Below, piece by piece: positions 47,364 through 56,747 of a DNA stretch of 64,000 bases. The stretch's first letter is position 1. Every line of letters starts with the position of its first letter. A model generated the notes under the pieces. The model was not told the origin of the DNA and made no database searches. It was given only the letters and a program-made list of their open reading frames with translations. The position numbers were made by a program, and so were the translations under genes. Origin of the DNA: Bacillota bacterium (GTDB taxonomy: Bacteria > Bacillota > Clostridia > Christensenellales > CAG-314); the NCBI GenBank assembly GCA_023458375.1, contig JAEWZT010000002.1, positions 72,463 through 136,462 of the forward strand, read 5' to 3'.

Positions 47364-47392
47364 AATATAGCACAAATGTTTTTTTTAGTAAA
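47364..47392 (-). promoter_or_regulatory. promoter of tRNA-Ser
   Basis: Minus strand TTTACT (47392-47387), 17 nt, TGcTATATT (TATATT at 47369-47364). Confidence 0.55.
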
Positions 47393-47423
47393 GTATTTGA
47401 TTTAGATTTACGCCGTAATCTTA

Positions 47424-47452
47424 TTGACAAAAAAAATCTGCTGATATATACT
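47424..47452 (+). promoter_or_regulatory. promoter of tRNA-Arg
   Basis: TTGACA (47424-47429), 17 nt, TATACT (47447-47452). Confidence 0.65.
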
Positions 47453-47477
47453 ATTTGGGCTGTAAAAGCAGCAAAAC

Positions 47478-47554
47478 GGACCGTTAGCTCAGCTGGATAG
47501 AGCGTTTGGCTACGGACCAAAAGGTCAGAGGTTCGAATCCCCTACGGTTCGCCA
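47478..47554 (+). tRNA. tRNA-Arg (anticodon ACG), CCA encoded
   Basis: GGACCGTTAGCTCAGCTGGATAGAGCGTTTGGCTACGGACCAAAAGGTCAGAGGTTCGAATCCCCTACGGTTCGCCA forms a cloverleaf with anticodon loop CTACGGA. There is one A-C mismatch in the T-stem and one G-U in the acceptor. Confidence 0.85.
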
Positions 47555-47556
47555 GA

Positions 47557-47588
47557 GGGCTAAAAATTAAGGTTTTTAGCCCTTTTTC
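47557..47588 (+). terminator. Rho-independent terminator of tRNA-Arg
   Basis: GGGCTAAAAA (47557-47566) pairs with TTTTTAGCCC (47573-47582), then TTTTT. Confidence 0.85.
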
Positions 47589-47680
47589 TTTGATTTTGGA
47601 CGGTTTTTTGCCTATTAAAACAAAACTTTTTTGCATCTGCGTTTATTTTTAAGGGTACTAAATCTTATTTATTTTTTAAC

Positions 47681-47815
47681 TTCGCTTTGCTCAAACTCAC
47701 TGCTTACATTTCGCTGGGAAGCGGCTGTTGTTGTTCCTAACCTCTTGACTGCTGGGTATTGGCGGATTACTTCGGCGTAACGATAGATTATCTTGTCGGA
47801 AAAGAAAAAGATTAA
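47681..47815 (+). pseudogene. degraded XRE/Cro-type HTH gene remnant
   Basis: The terminal frame reads ...LADYFGVTIDYLVGKEKD*, a typical C-terminal end of the XRE HTH. Upstream helix-like pieces are in other frames, with no start codon. Confidence 0.5.
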
Positions 47816-48061
47816 TTATATTATTTAGCCTTATTTTATCGGCTAAGTCTGATTTTATAAAAACGCCTCGCTAATTTTTGCTGTCTTTTGCCCGTCAACA
47901 GCGCGCGCTCTATAATTTATGTAATTTTTATGCAAGTGTGATAAACTAAATAAAATTGGTTAAATCTACTGTAAGTGGACATTTTCTACGTCTTTTGGGT
48001 TGAAATCGCGCTCCCCTTAAAATAGAATTATGGCATAAGCTGATTTGCGGAGGATACAAAA

Positions 48062-48382
48062 ATGGAAAAACAAACAATGGGCAAGTTTATAGCGGCGCTG
48101 CGAAAGGCAAAGGGAATGACGCAGTGGGAGTTGGCGGAAAAGCTCGGCGTCACCAACAAAAGTGTAAGCAAGTGGGAATGCGACGAGGGCTACCCCGATT
48201 TGTCGCTTATCCCCGTAATCGTCGAGATATTTGAAGTAACAAGCGACGAAATATTAAAAGGCTGCCGTATCAAAGAGGGGGCGAGCATAACGTCCGACTC
48301 GGCGAAAGGAGAAAAACAAGTCAAAAGACTCATTCAAAAAACGCTTACGAGCTTCAAAAATTTTTCAATTTTGGCAGGTTAG
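48062..48382 (+). CDS. XRE-family HTH transcriptional regulator (ends at an in-frame TAG)
   Basis: 106 aa with a GGAGGA RBS and HTH GMTQWELAEKLGVTNKSVSKWECDEGYPDLSLI. It ends ...NFSILAG-TAG at 48380-48382. Confidence 0.8.
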   Translation: MEKQTMGKFIAALRKAKGMTQWELAEKLGVTNKSVSKWECDEGYPDLSLIPVIVEIFEVTSDEILKGCRIKEGASITSDSAKGEKQVKRLIQKTLTSFKNFSILAG

Positions 48383-48391
48383 CTGGGTTTT

Positions 48392-49039
48392 GTGGGCGCG
48401 GTTTTTCTTGCGATTCCCGTAATTCTGCTTTCAAGCGCAGGCGTTATAGACACAAAGCTTTACTATTTGTGCATCGTTTTTTATGCGGTATTTATAATAG
48501 CCTGCATTGTGATTGAAACTATTTTTATGAACACTTCAAAATCGGCGCTTTACGACCCCGACATAGCGGAAGAATACGATGCGCCGTTGCTTATCGCGGC
48601 AAAATATATAGACGATTTATCTTTTAATATTATAATAATCGCCGTATTGATTTTAGTCGGCGGGCTGCCCGTGCTCTTTACAAGCATACCGCCCTATATT
48701 TTGCTTATTGCCGCGGTTCCCGTTTACGTCATAGCGCTCATAGTAAAAACTCTGTCGGAAACCAACAAATATTACGACATTAAAGGAAACGGTCAGGTTA
48801 AAAAGACATTGACTAAAACTGCCGTCATATTTTCAGCGATAACGGGCGGGTTTTTCCTACTTCTTATAGCGCTTTACGTAATAACTGTGCTTTTAAAAGG
48901 ACCGGGCAACTATATAATAGCATTTTCAGGATATTTAAACGTCATAAGCTTTTTGGCCACTAACGGCATGGGCATTTTTTACGTTATAAAAAGAAAAAAG
49001 ATTTTAAAGCCTTACGGCAAATTAAAAAGGATAGATTAA
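48392..49039 (+). CDS. polytopic membrane protein, in the same frame as the preceding HTH ORF
   Basis: 215 aa from GTG at 48392, with 5-6 TM segments and no RBS of its own. Only TAG plus 3 codons separate it from the HTH ORF, in frame. Confidence 0.6.
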   Translation: MGAVFLAIPVILLSSAGVIDTKLYYLCIVFYAVFIIACIVIETIFMNTSKSALYDPDIAEEYDAPLLIAAKYIDDLSFNIIIIAVLILVGGLPVLFTSIPPYILLIAAVPVYVIALIVKTLSETNKYYDIKGNGQVKKTLTKTAVIFSAITGGFFLLLIALYVITVLLKGPGNYIIAFSGYLNVISFLATNGMGIFYVIKRKKILKPYGKLKRID

Positions 49040-49125
49040 GGCAAAAGTTATAAAATAAACGCTAACCCTTAAAAGAATAATTATTTTAAGGGTTAGCGCA
49101 AAACAAAGGCAAATTAATTTACTTG

Positions 49126-50592
49126 TTATTTTATTTCTACTTCCTTTGTGGCGACTTCGTCAATAAAAGCCGCGTCGTGCTCAACCAAAAGCAGGGAAAT
49201 GCCGCTATTTAAAATAACCTCTTTTATTTGTTCGCGCGAAATGACGTCAATGTAGTTTAGGGGTTCGTCCCAAATAAAAAGATGCGCTTGTTCGCAAAGG
49301 CTTTTGGCAAGCAAAAGCTTTTTCTTTTGCCCTTGGCTTTGCTCCTCTAAGGATTTTTCAAACTGACTTCGCTCTAAGCCCAGTTTAAACAAAAAAGTCA
49401 AAAGACGCGTTTTGTCAACGCCGCCGCGGGCGCAAAAATCGTCAAAGCTTCCCTTTAAAAAGGAGGTATCCTGCGGCAGATAAGATATTTTTAGCTGCCT
49501 GTTGCGTTCAATTGTTCCCTTATAGGGAAGCTCCCCCAAAACAGCCTTTAAAACGCTGCTTTTTCCGCTTCCGTTTCTGCCCCAAAGCGACACCCTTTCT
49601 CCCCTGTCAATTTCAAAAGACAGCGGCTCATTAATTTGCCTGTTTCCGTAAAAAATCACAAGGTCTTTTACCGTCAATAGTCTTTCTTTAAAAAACCTTT
49701 GGCTTTTTGCCGCGCCTAATGAATCGGCTCTGTCAATATTTTTGAGCAGCGTTGACTTTTCTTCTACCGCGGCGTCAATACGGTTACGCATATTGATTGC
49801 CTGTTTCATCACGCGCGCCGCCTTTGCGCCTAAATACCCCCTGTCGCAGTGACCGCCCCATTTTTCTTCTTCCGCCTTGTCCGCCATAACGGTTCTGCGC
49901 TTGCCGGCTTCCGTAAGGCGCTTAATGTCGCAAAGCAGTTTTTGGTTTTCCGCCTCCTCAAAATCGTCTTGGCGTTTTTTGTTTTGCAGATAGGAAGACA
50001 AATTGCCGTTTTGGACTTCAATCGCCGCCCTGTTTATGCTTATTACGCGGTCAATGCAGCCGTCCAAAAAGCGTCTGTCGTGCGACACTACGATATAAGC
50101 GGATTTTTTGTTCAAGTAACGCGAAAGCAGGGCGCGCCCGCATTTGTCAAGGTGGTTTGTGGGTTCGTCAATCAAAAGAAAGGCGTTGTCTTTGCAAAAC
50201 ATTGCGGCAAGTAAAATTTTAGTGCGCTCCCCCTCGGAATAAGTGTTGAAAGGACGGTAAAAGTCAACTTCAAAAACCTCCAAAAGATTGAGCTCGCGCC
50301 GCACCTTCCATTCTTCAAAACAGGGGCAAACTTGCTGCAAAACGCAATATAACGGCGCGCTTATATCGGCAACGGGGTAGGGAAAATACTCAAACTCCAC
50401 GTCGGCGCGTATCGTGCCGCTATATTCAAGCTCTCCCGTCAAAAGCTTTAAAAGGGTGGTTTTTCCCTTGCCGTTTCTTCCGACGAGCCCCGATTTCCAC
50501 GCCGTGCTTATTTCAAGGTTTACCTTTTCAAAAATATATTCCGCCGCGCCTTCGTAGCGGAAGGTTAAATTTTTAATATCTATAATTGACAT
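49126..50592 (-). CDS. ABC-F ATPase, Lsa-like ribosomal-protection type
   Basis: 488 aa with two ABC domains (GRNGKGKTT and GRNGSGKSS Walker A, YSEGERT and QSQGQKK signatures) and no TM domain. A charged interdomain linker is present, and the N-terminal sequence pattern resembles Lsa/Sal-type ARE ABC-F proteins. Confidence 0.85.
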   Translation of the reverse strand: MSIIDIKNLTFRYEGAAEYIFEKVNLEISTAWKSGLVGRNGKGKTTLLKLLTGELEYSGTIRADVEFEYFPYPVADISAPLYCVLQQVCPCFEEWKVRRELNLLEVFEVDFYRPFNTYSEGERTKILLAAMFCKDNAFLLIDEPTNHLDKCGRALLSRYLNKKSAYIVVSHDRRFLDGCIDRVISINRAAIEVQNGNLSSYLQNKKRQDDFEEAENQKLLCDIKRLTEAGKRRTVMADKAEEEKWGGHCDRGYLGAKAARVMKQAINMRNRIDAAVEEKSTLLKNIDRADSLGAAKSQRFFKERLLTVKDLVIFYGNRQINEPLSFEIDRGERVSLWGRNGSGKSSVLKAVLGELPYKGTIERNRQLKISYLPQDTSFLKGSFDDFCARGGVDKTRLLTFLFKLGLERSQFEKSLEEQSQGQKKKLLLAKSLCEQAHLFIWDEPLNYIDVISREQIKEVILNSGISLLLVEHDAAFIDEVATKEVEIK

Positions 50593-50659
50593 AATTCTCC
50601 TTTAATACCGTGTAATTTTTTTATGAAACCTTAAAGGATTATAAACCGCTTTTAAAAAC

Positions 50660-50692
50660 AACTAAAAAAGCCGCGAGAAACACTTGCGGCAC
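50660..50692 (-). terminator. leader terminator (candidate attenuator) upstream of the ABC-F gene
   Basis: Minus strand GCCGC-AAGTGTTTCTC-GCGGC (50690-50670) followed by TTTTTT (50669-50664). It lies between the predicted promoter and the ABC-F RBS. Confidence 0.55.
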
Positions 50693-50738
50693 AGCAAAAA
50701 AACTATGCAAATATCTCTTATTTGGTTTTTTTATGCGG

Positions 50739-50759
50739 TTAGAATATAACGTTTTTCAT
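50739..50759 (-). promoter_or_regulatory. candidate leader mini-ORF (MKNVIF*)
   Basis: ATGAAAAACGTTATATTCTAA on the minus strand, just downstream of the predicted promoter and upstream of the leader hairpin. The SD (AAAGG) is weak. Confidence 0.3.
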
Positions 50760-50783
50760 TTTAGACAATACCTTTTTTTATTT

Positions 50784-50813
50784 ATTTTAGCACGGCTTTA
50801 TCGGCTTTGTCAA
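50784..50813 (-). promoter_or_regulatory. sigma-A type promoter of the ABC-F leader
   Basis: Minus strand TTGACA (50813-50808), 18 nt, TAAAAT (50789-50784). Confidence 0.55.
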
Positions 50814-51001
50814 TAGGCTTTTTAGGCGGGTGCGGTTTTCTTATCGTTTTTTTGAATGCGCGTTTATTTTGATTTAAAATCAATAAAACGAGTTGGTTAT
50901 ATTAAATTATCTCGAAAGAGAGGCTGAGGGTGCTTTTATAAGCTCAAAAGGCGTTAGTTTTTCTTTTTGCGGGCAATAATTACTTTGTGGAGGTATAAGC
51001 C

Positions 51002-51145
51002 ATGAGATGCAAAGACTGCAACAAAGAAGTTGCGCCTGAAAAAAGCGCGGTATGCCCCCTGTGCGGCAGAACGGTATGTTTGGACTGCTACGAAAAGTCG
51101 GGCTACCGCTGCAACTGCGAGGGCGAATACAAATACTTTAATTAA
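51002..51145 (+). CDS. 47-aa cysteine-rich zinc-ribbon-like protein (below the ORF-track cutoff)
   Basis: GGAGG lies 8 nt upstream of the ATG. The sequence is MRCKDCNKEVAPEKSAVCPLCGRTVCLDCYEKSGYRCNCEGEYKYFN, with three CxxC pairs and one CxC. Confidence 0.6.
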   Translation: MRCKDCNKEVAPEKSAVCPLCGRTVCLDCYEKSGYRCNCEGEYKYFN

Positions 51146-51161
51146 ACCTAAAATCCTTTAC

Positions 51162-51190
51162 TTGTCAAAAAACCGCCCCTTTGTTATACT
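51162..51190 (+). promoter_or_regulatory. sigma-A type promoter abutting the tilS ATG
   Basis: TTGTCA (51162-51167), 17 nt, TGtTATACT (TATACT at 51185-51190), then 7 nt to the ATG at 51198. There is no SD. Confidence 0.6.
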
Positions 51191-51197
51191 GTAAAAT

Positions 51198-52517
51198 ATG
51201 ATGGTTGACTTAAAAAAGCGTGAAAACGAAGTGCTTTTGGCGGTATCCGGGGGAGCCGATTCAATGGTTTTGCTCCACCTTTTCGCCGCAAATTACAAAG
51301 GGCGTTTCCGCGTGGCGACAGTCAATCATAACATAAGGGAAAACGCCCAAAGCGACTGTCTTTTTGTAAAAAACTATTGCGGCAAGGCGGGTGTAGAATG
51401 CGCTGTTTTGAACGTGGACGCGCCCCTTTACGCCAAAGAAAAGAAGCTTTCGCTTGAAACCGCGGCGCGCTTTCTGCGCCACCAAGCGCTAAAAAAAGAG
51501 GCTGCGGGCGCTGTAATCGTTACCGCCCATCACCAAAACGACCAAGCCGAAACCGTGTTGCTGCACCTTTTGCGCGGAAGCGGCGCAAAGGGTTTGTGCG
51601 GCATGGAAAAGGATGAGGACGGTTACTGGCGGCCGCTGCTTGACGTAAGCAAAGAAGATATCTTGGACTACGCGCGGCGAAACAAGATTGACTTTGTTGA
51701 GGACGAAACCAACGCCGACGACGTTTACGCAAGAAACTTTTTGCGCAACAAGGTTTTTCCTCTGTTAAAACAAATCAACGGCAACGCGGTGGAAAATATT
51801 GCGCGCTGTTCCTCTTTAATCTCCCAAGACGAAACCTTTATGGAAAATGTCGCGGGGGTGGTTATGGCAAAAACTCCCTTAATTTTTGACGGTCAAAAAG
51901 TTTTCATACCGCTGGAAATATTTACGCTTAACCCCGCTCTTACAAGCCGCGTGGTGTTTTCCGCCCTTGCCGAAGTGGGCGCGCAAAAGGATATTGAACA
52001 GCGGCATATAGACGATATCTGCTTGCTGGCGGGCAAAAAGCGCGGCAAAGAAATTCATCTGCCCTTTAATCTTACCGCCTTAAAAGACTACGGCGGCGTA
52101 GCAATTTTTTTCAGACAAGATTGCGTGGAAAAAAGCGGCGTGGAAAATCCCCCTTTATCTTTAAACGAATTAAAATGCGAGGCGAAGTTTTCCGTCGGAG
52201 AGCATAAATTGGGACAAAAGACCGTAGTAATTTCCAAAGAGGGCGAGGGGCTTAGGTTTGATATAGATAAAGTTCCGAAGGACGCGCTTTTGCGCTTTCG
52301 CCGCGAGGGGGATTATTTTACTAAGTTCGGCGGCGGCACAAAAAGCCTGTCAGGTTATTTAAGCGATAAAAAAATAAAGAAAGAAGAAAGGGACAGCCTT
52401 GTTTTGCTGGCGCAGGATAAAGAGGTTTTGGCAATTGTGGGCGTGGAAATCAGCCAAAAGCTTAAAGTGACGGAAAATTCAAAAGAATATAAAATTTACT
52501 GTAAGGAGATAAAATAA
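51198..52517 (+). CDS. tilS: tRNA(Ile)-lysidine synthetase
   Basis: 439 aa with the PP-loop SGGADS near the N-terminus and TilS substrate-binding C-terminal domains. It is followed by hpt, as in Firmicutes. Confidence 0.9.
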   Translation: MMVDLKKRENEVLLAVSGGADSMVLLHLFAANYKGRFRVATVNHNIRENAQSDCLFVKNYCGKAGVECAVLNVDAPLYAKEKKLSLETAARFLRHQALKKEAAGAVIVTAHHQNDQAETVLLHLLRGSGAKGLCGMEKDEDGYWRPLLDVSKEDILDYARRNKIDFVEDETNADDVYARNFLRNKVFPLLKQINGNAVENIARCSSLISQDETFMENVAGVVMAKTPLIFDGQKVFIPLEIFTLNPALTSRVVFSALAEVGAQKDIEQRHIDDICLLAGKKRGKEIHLPFNLTALKDYGGVAIFFRQDCVEKSGVENPPLSLNELKCEAKFSVGEHKLGQKTVVISKEGEGLRFDIDKVPKDALLRFRREGDYFTKFGGGTKSLSGYLSDKKIKKEERDSLVLLAQDKEVLAIVGVEISQKLKVTENSKEYKIYCKEIK

Positions 52518-52518
52518 A

Positions 52519-53061
52519 ATGCTTTACCCCAAAGAGGTTAAGGAAATCTTAATCACGAAAGAGCAAATTGAAAAGCGCGTTAAAGAACTGGGTGCTCAAA
52601 TTACCAAAGACTACAAAGGAAAAAACCCTTTGGTCGTAGGCGTGCTTAAAGGCAGCTGGATATTTCTTGCCGACTTGGTTCGCCAAATTGACTTAGGCTG
52701 CACCATTGACTTTATAGATATTTCTACATACGGTTCAAGCACGCGCAGCAGCGGCGAAGTGCGCTTTAACAAAGACTTTAACTATTCCGTCGACGGAAAA
52801 GACATAATAATGGTGGAAGATATCATTGACACCGGCATTACAATGAACTTCATTCAAAACCTGTTAAAAACGCGCGGCGCGGCAAGCGTAAGAATTGCGT
52901 CGCTTTTAAGCAAGCCCGAAAGACGAAAAGTGGAAATAAATATAGACTATCTGGGCTTTGAAATTCCCGATAAGTTCGTCATCGGCTACGGATTGGATTT
53001 TGCGGAAAAATACAGAGGCTTAGAGTTTATAGGAGTGCTTCACGAGGAATGTTACAAATAA
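52519..53061 (+). CDS. hpt: hypoxanthine phosphoribosyltransferase
   Basis: 180 aa with the PRPP-binding motif IIMVEDIIDTGIT. AAGGAG RBS. Confidence 0.95.
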   Translation: MLYPKEVKEILITKEQIEKRVKELGAQITKDYKGKNPLVVGVLKGSWIFLADLVRQIDLGCTIDFIDISTYGSSTRSSGEVRFNKDFNYSVDGKDIIMVEDIIDTGITMNFIQNLLKTRGAASVRIASLLSKPERRKVEINIDYLGFEIPDKFVIGYGLDFAEKYRGLEFIGVLHEECYK

Positions 53062-53232
53062 ACAGCGAACATAAAAAAGCGTATATTAATTTTTAATATG
53101 CTTTTGCCGCTTTTTTGCCGCAGTATTGACATTTATGTAAAAAGCGCGGACGAAATGCAACAAATTGTAACAAAGGTTTAAATCTTAACAATAAGTCAGC
53201 CAAAAAGACGCGTATAACTGCACAATAAAAAA

Positions 53233-53276
53233 CTGCTTCCCGCTTAAAACTTAGGGCGGGGAGCAGTCTTTTTTTG
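53233..53276 (+). terminator. strong Rho-independent terminator about 170 nt downstream of hpt
   Basis: An 11-bp stem, CTGCTTCCCGC (53233-53243) with GCGGGGAGCAG (53256-53266), then TCTTTTTTT. Confidence 0.8.
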
Positions 53277-53869
53277 AAAAAACGGCGGGAACAACAACAT
53301 AAATAAGCTCAAAAACTCCTTTCCCTTTGCTTTTGCGCTCGGCGGGCGTATCTGCCCTTTGCCCGAAGTTTTGATTTATTTTAAAATTACGCAAATTTTT
53401 GTTTTCTTTTAATTTAATCTTGCGGTTCCGCAACCGTTTTTTATCAATGTTGAAGCCGTAACGGCGGCGCTTAAAAAATGCAAAAAGATAAAGCGAGTAG
53501 CACAATGGAGCGCGTTACGCAAACAGCCTGCGGTTATTTTTGAGGTTTACTTTAATATTTCACAAAAAAGATTTGAAACCTGCTTTCTCCATATCACCCG
53601 CGCACCGTGAGCGATTACATATAAATATCTCTTCTTTAAGCGGCGCGACTCGCCTTTAACGGCGGCTCTTATTTTTATAGGCGACTATTCCGGCGGCAAA
53701 AACCGCACCGCAATTTTTTTGTATCCAAGCGCGGTTTTTGTTGCTTTTGCTGCGAGGCAAAAAAATGGCAGCCGCGCGGCTTTTTTGTTCTTTTTTCCCT
53801 TACAATTAAATCAGAGGACTGCACTACGGCGCTTTTTCGCGCCGCCTCAGCATATTTAAGGAGAAAAAT

Positions 53870-55027
<1,158 letters not shown>

Positions 55028-55040
55028 GGAGAAAAAAATT

Positions 55041-55997
55041 ATGGCAATATCAGAATTTACAATCAACACGCAATATTCCGCCTACGAGGGCGTGGTTTTG
55101 GAAGAATACATTATCGCCGACGTTATGGCAATGTATGAAGACGAAAAAATTACAAGCATGCAAATCAAGCAAAGCGGAACAATGCACGACATTTTAAAAT
55201 TACCCGTCTTAAAGGGTGAAAACGTATATTACTTTTTAAACCTGCCGCTGCCCCAAACAGAAAACACGGCGCTTACGCTTAGCTGGGGCGACATTTGGAA
55301 CGCGTTTGACTACGCCGCCCAGCTTCATTTGGCAAAAAAATACGGCGCTTCGGCGGCAGACTGCGGGAACTTTTTGCAAAGCGCAGGCAACCTCAACGCC
55401 CTTTTAATGTATTACAAAAACGGCACGGTTGACGGGGGCGCAGCTTTTGATATGTTTAATATCTCGGGGGGAACGGATACTCTAATGCTACCTTTGGAAA
55501 TAGACTATCCTTTAACCTTAACGTGCAATTTTGACGCTGCGGGAGGATTAAGCGCACCCTTGCCTCAGGGGGAATACGGCAAGCAGTCCATTACGGTAAC
55601 GGAGCCGTCAGCTCCTTCAAAAGGCGGCGAAACCTTTTTGGGGTGGGGTTTGTCTACGGGAGGAGAGGCTGTAACTTTCCCCTTTACTTACACAACGCAG
55701 CAGACAAACGGCGATATAAGCTTCACTCTTTACGCGCTTTGGCAGGGCGCTATATACGCCGTGGAGTATTATCTTGACGGCGGCACAAACAGCGCGCAAA
55801 ATCCCTTAAACTATACCAAAGAAACCAGCTTTAATTTTTACGACCCCTACAAGGCGGGGCATACTTTTTTGGGGTGGTTCGACAGCGCCCAAGAGGGAAA
55901 CAGAAAATACGGAATAGTCAAAAACAGCGGCGAAGGGCTAGTCTTTTACGCGCGTTGGGACAAAAAACCACCTGCCAAAGGCGGCTACGTCTATTGA
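55041..55997 (+). CDS. protein with two C-terminal Listeria-Bacteroides (Flg_new type) repeats
   Basis: 318 aa. The repeats read ...GETFLGWGLS...YALW and ...GHTFLGWFDS...FYARW. The gene is tightly linked to the collagen-like gene. Confidence 0.7.
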   Translation: MAISEFTINTQYSAYEGVVLEEYIIADVMAMYEDEKITSMQIKQSGTMHDILKLPVLKGENVYYFLNLPLPQTENTALTLSWGDIWNAFDYAAQLHLAKKYGASAADCGNFLQSAGNLNALLMYYKNGTVDGGAAFDMFNISGGTDTLMLPLEIDYPLTLTCNFDAAGGLSAPLPQGEYGKQSITVTEPSAPSKGGETFLGWGLSTGGEAVTFPFTYTTQQTNGDISFTLYALWQGAIYAVEYYLDGGTNSAQNPLNYTKETSFNFYDPYKAGHTFLGWFDSAQEGNRKYGIVKNSGEGLVFYARWDKKPPAKGGYVY

Positions 55998-56504
55998 TTT
56001 TTGACGGGGTCTGCTCTACGCAAACCGCGCAGCTTAATGACGCATTACGCTTTTCATTATGATGCGCCAAGATTAAGCGCAAAAATATTTTAGCAAGCGG
56101 CGCATTGCCTTTTGCGGAAACTGCTAGAAAACAAAGCTTCACTTATGCAAAACTAAAAGCTCGCGCCCAATGGAGGTTTGCGACACGCGTAGCCTTACGT
56201 TCCGCTTTATGCAGAATAAAAACACTTAACCGACTTTCTTTGTGTTTCGCTCATAAAAATTAAAGCTATAAAAATTGTGCGTAGAATTAAATTATGCCCG
56301 TTGCGTAAGGAATTGCGCCAAAATAAAATCCAAAAAAGCGCCTATTCTTTTTGCCCTTGCGGCTTAGGCAAACGCTGACTTATGCGCGCTTACCTTTATG
56401 TCTAACCTTGCCGCCCTTCAAAGCGCGGTTATCCGATTTAACAAACACATATAATTGCTTTCTTAATTTTTTAAACGGCGGTTTATATTTTTTCGTTTCT
56501 TTTC

Positions 56505-56534
56505 AGGAGGGCGGTTTACGCCCTCCTTTTTTTG
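56505..56534 (+). terminator. strong orphan Rho-independent terminator
   Basis: AGGAGGGCG-GTTTA-CGCCCTCCT followed by TTTTTTT, about 500 nt after the preceding CDS. Confidence 0.8.
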
Positions 56535-56747
56535 TCTTTTTAATATTTCTCGTTTTTTACGGCGGATATTAAAACTTGCTTTTTTTAAAGAGCTTTTGGT
56601 AATTTTATATCAATTAAGCGCGTTAACGCTTACGCCGCGGCTGCATTATTTTCTAAGAAAACTTTTCGTCGCATTTTTATTAACGGACAATTATAAAAAA
56701 GCGCACAGGTTTTGGTAAAAAAACGGGCTATGGCAGGGAGCTAAAAT

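Noticed and set aside
47121-47520. ORFs 47121-47339 and 47332-47520 (minus strand)
   Set aside because: They overlap tRNA-Ser, its promoter and tRNA-Arg, and are artefacts of the tRNA sequences.
48380-48382. In-frame TAG as pyrrolysine or other recoding
   Set aside because: TAG terminates at least one well-defined gene here (the ABC subunit at 6914-6916). No pyl genes are in the window and the context is not a methyltransferase. A nonsense mutation is more parsimonious.
53251-53505. ORF 53251-53505 (minus strand, 84 aa)
   Set aside because: Its 3' end (C-terminal region and stop) overlaps the right arm of the strong plus-strand terminator hairpin. The product is basic and low-complexity, with no RBS.
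53500-53869. c-di-GMP riboswitch upstream of the collagen-like gene (by analogy with clostridial surface-protein genes)
   Set aside because: I could not find the conserved GEMM-I or GEMM-II core sequences, only short GC palindromes with T-runs (for example AGCCGCGCGGCT at about 53770-53790).
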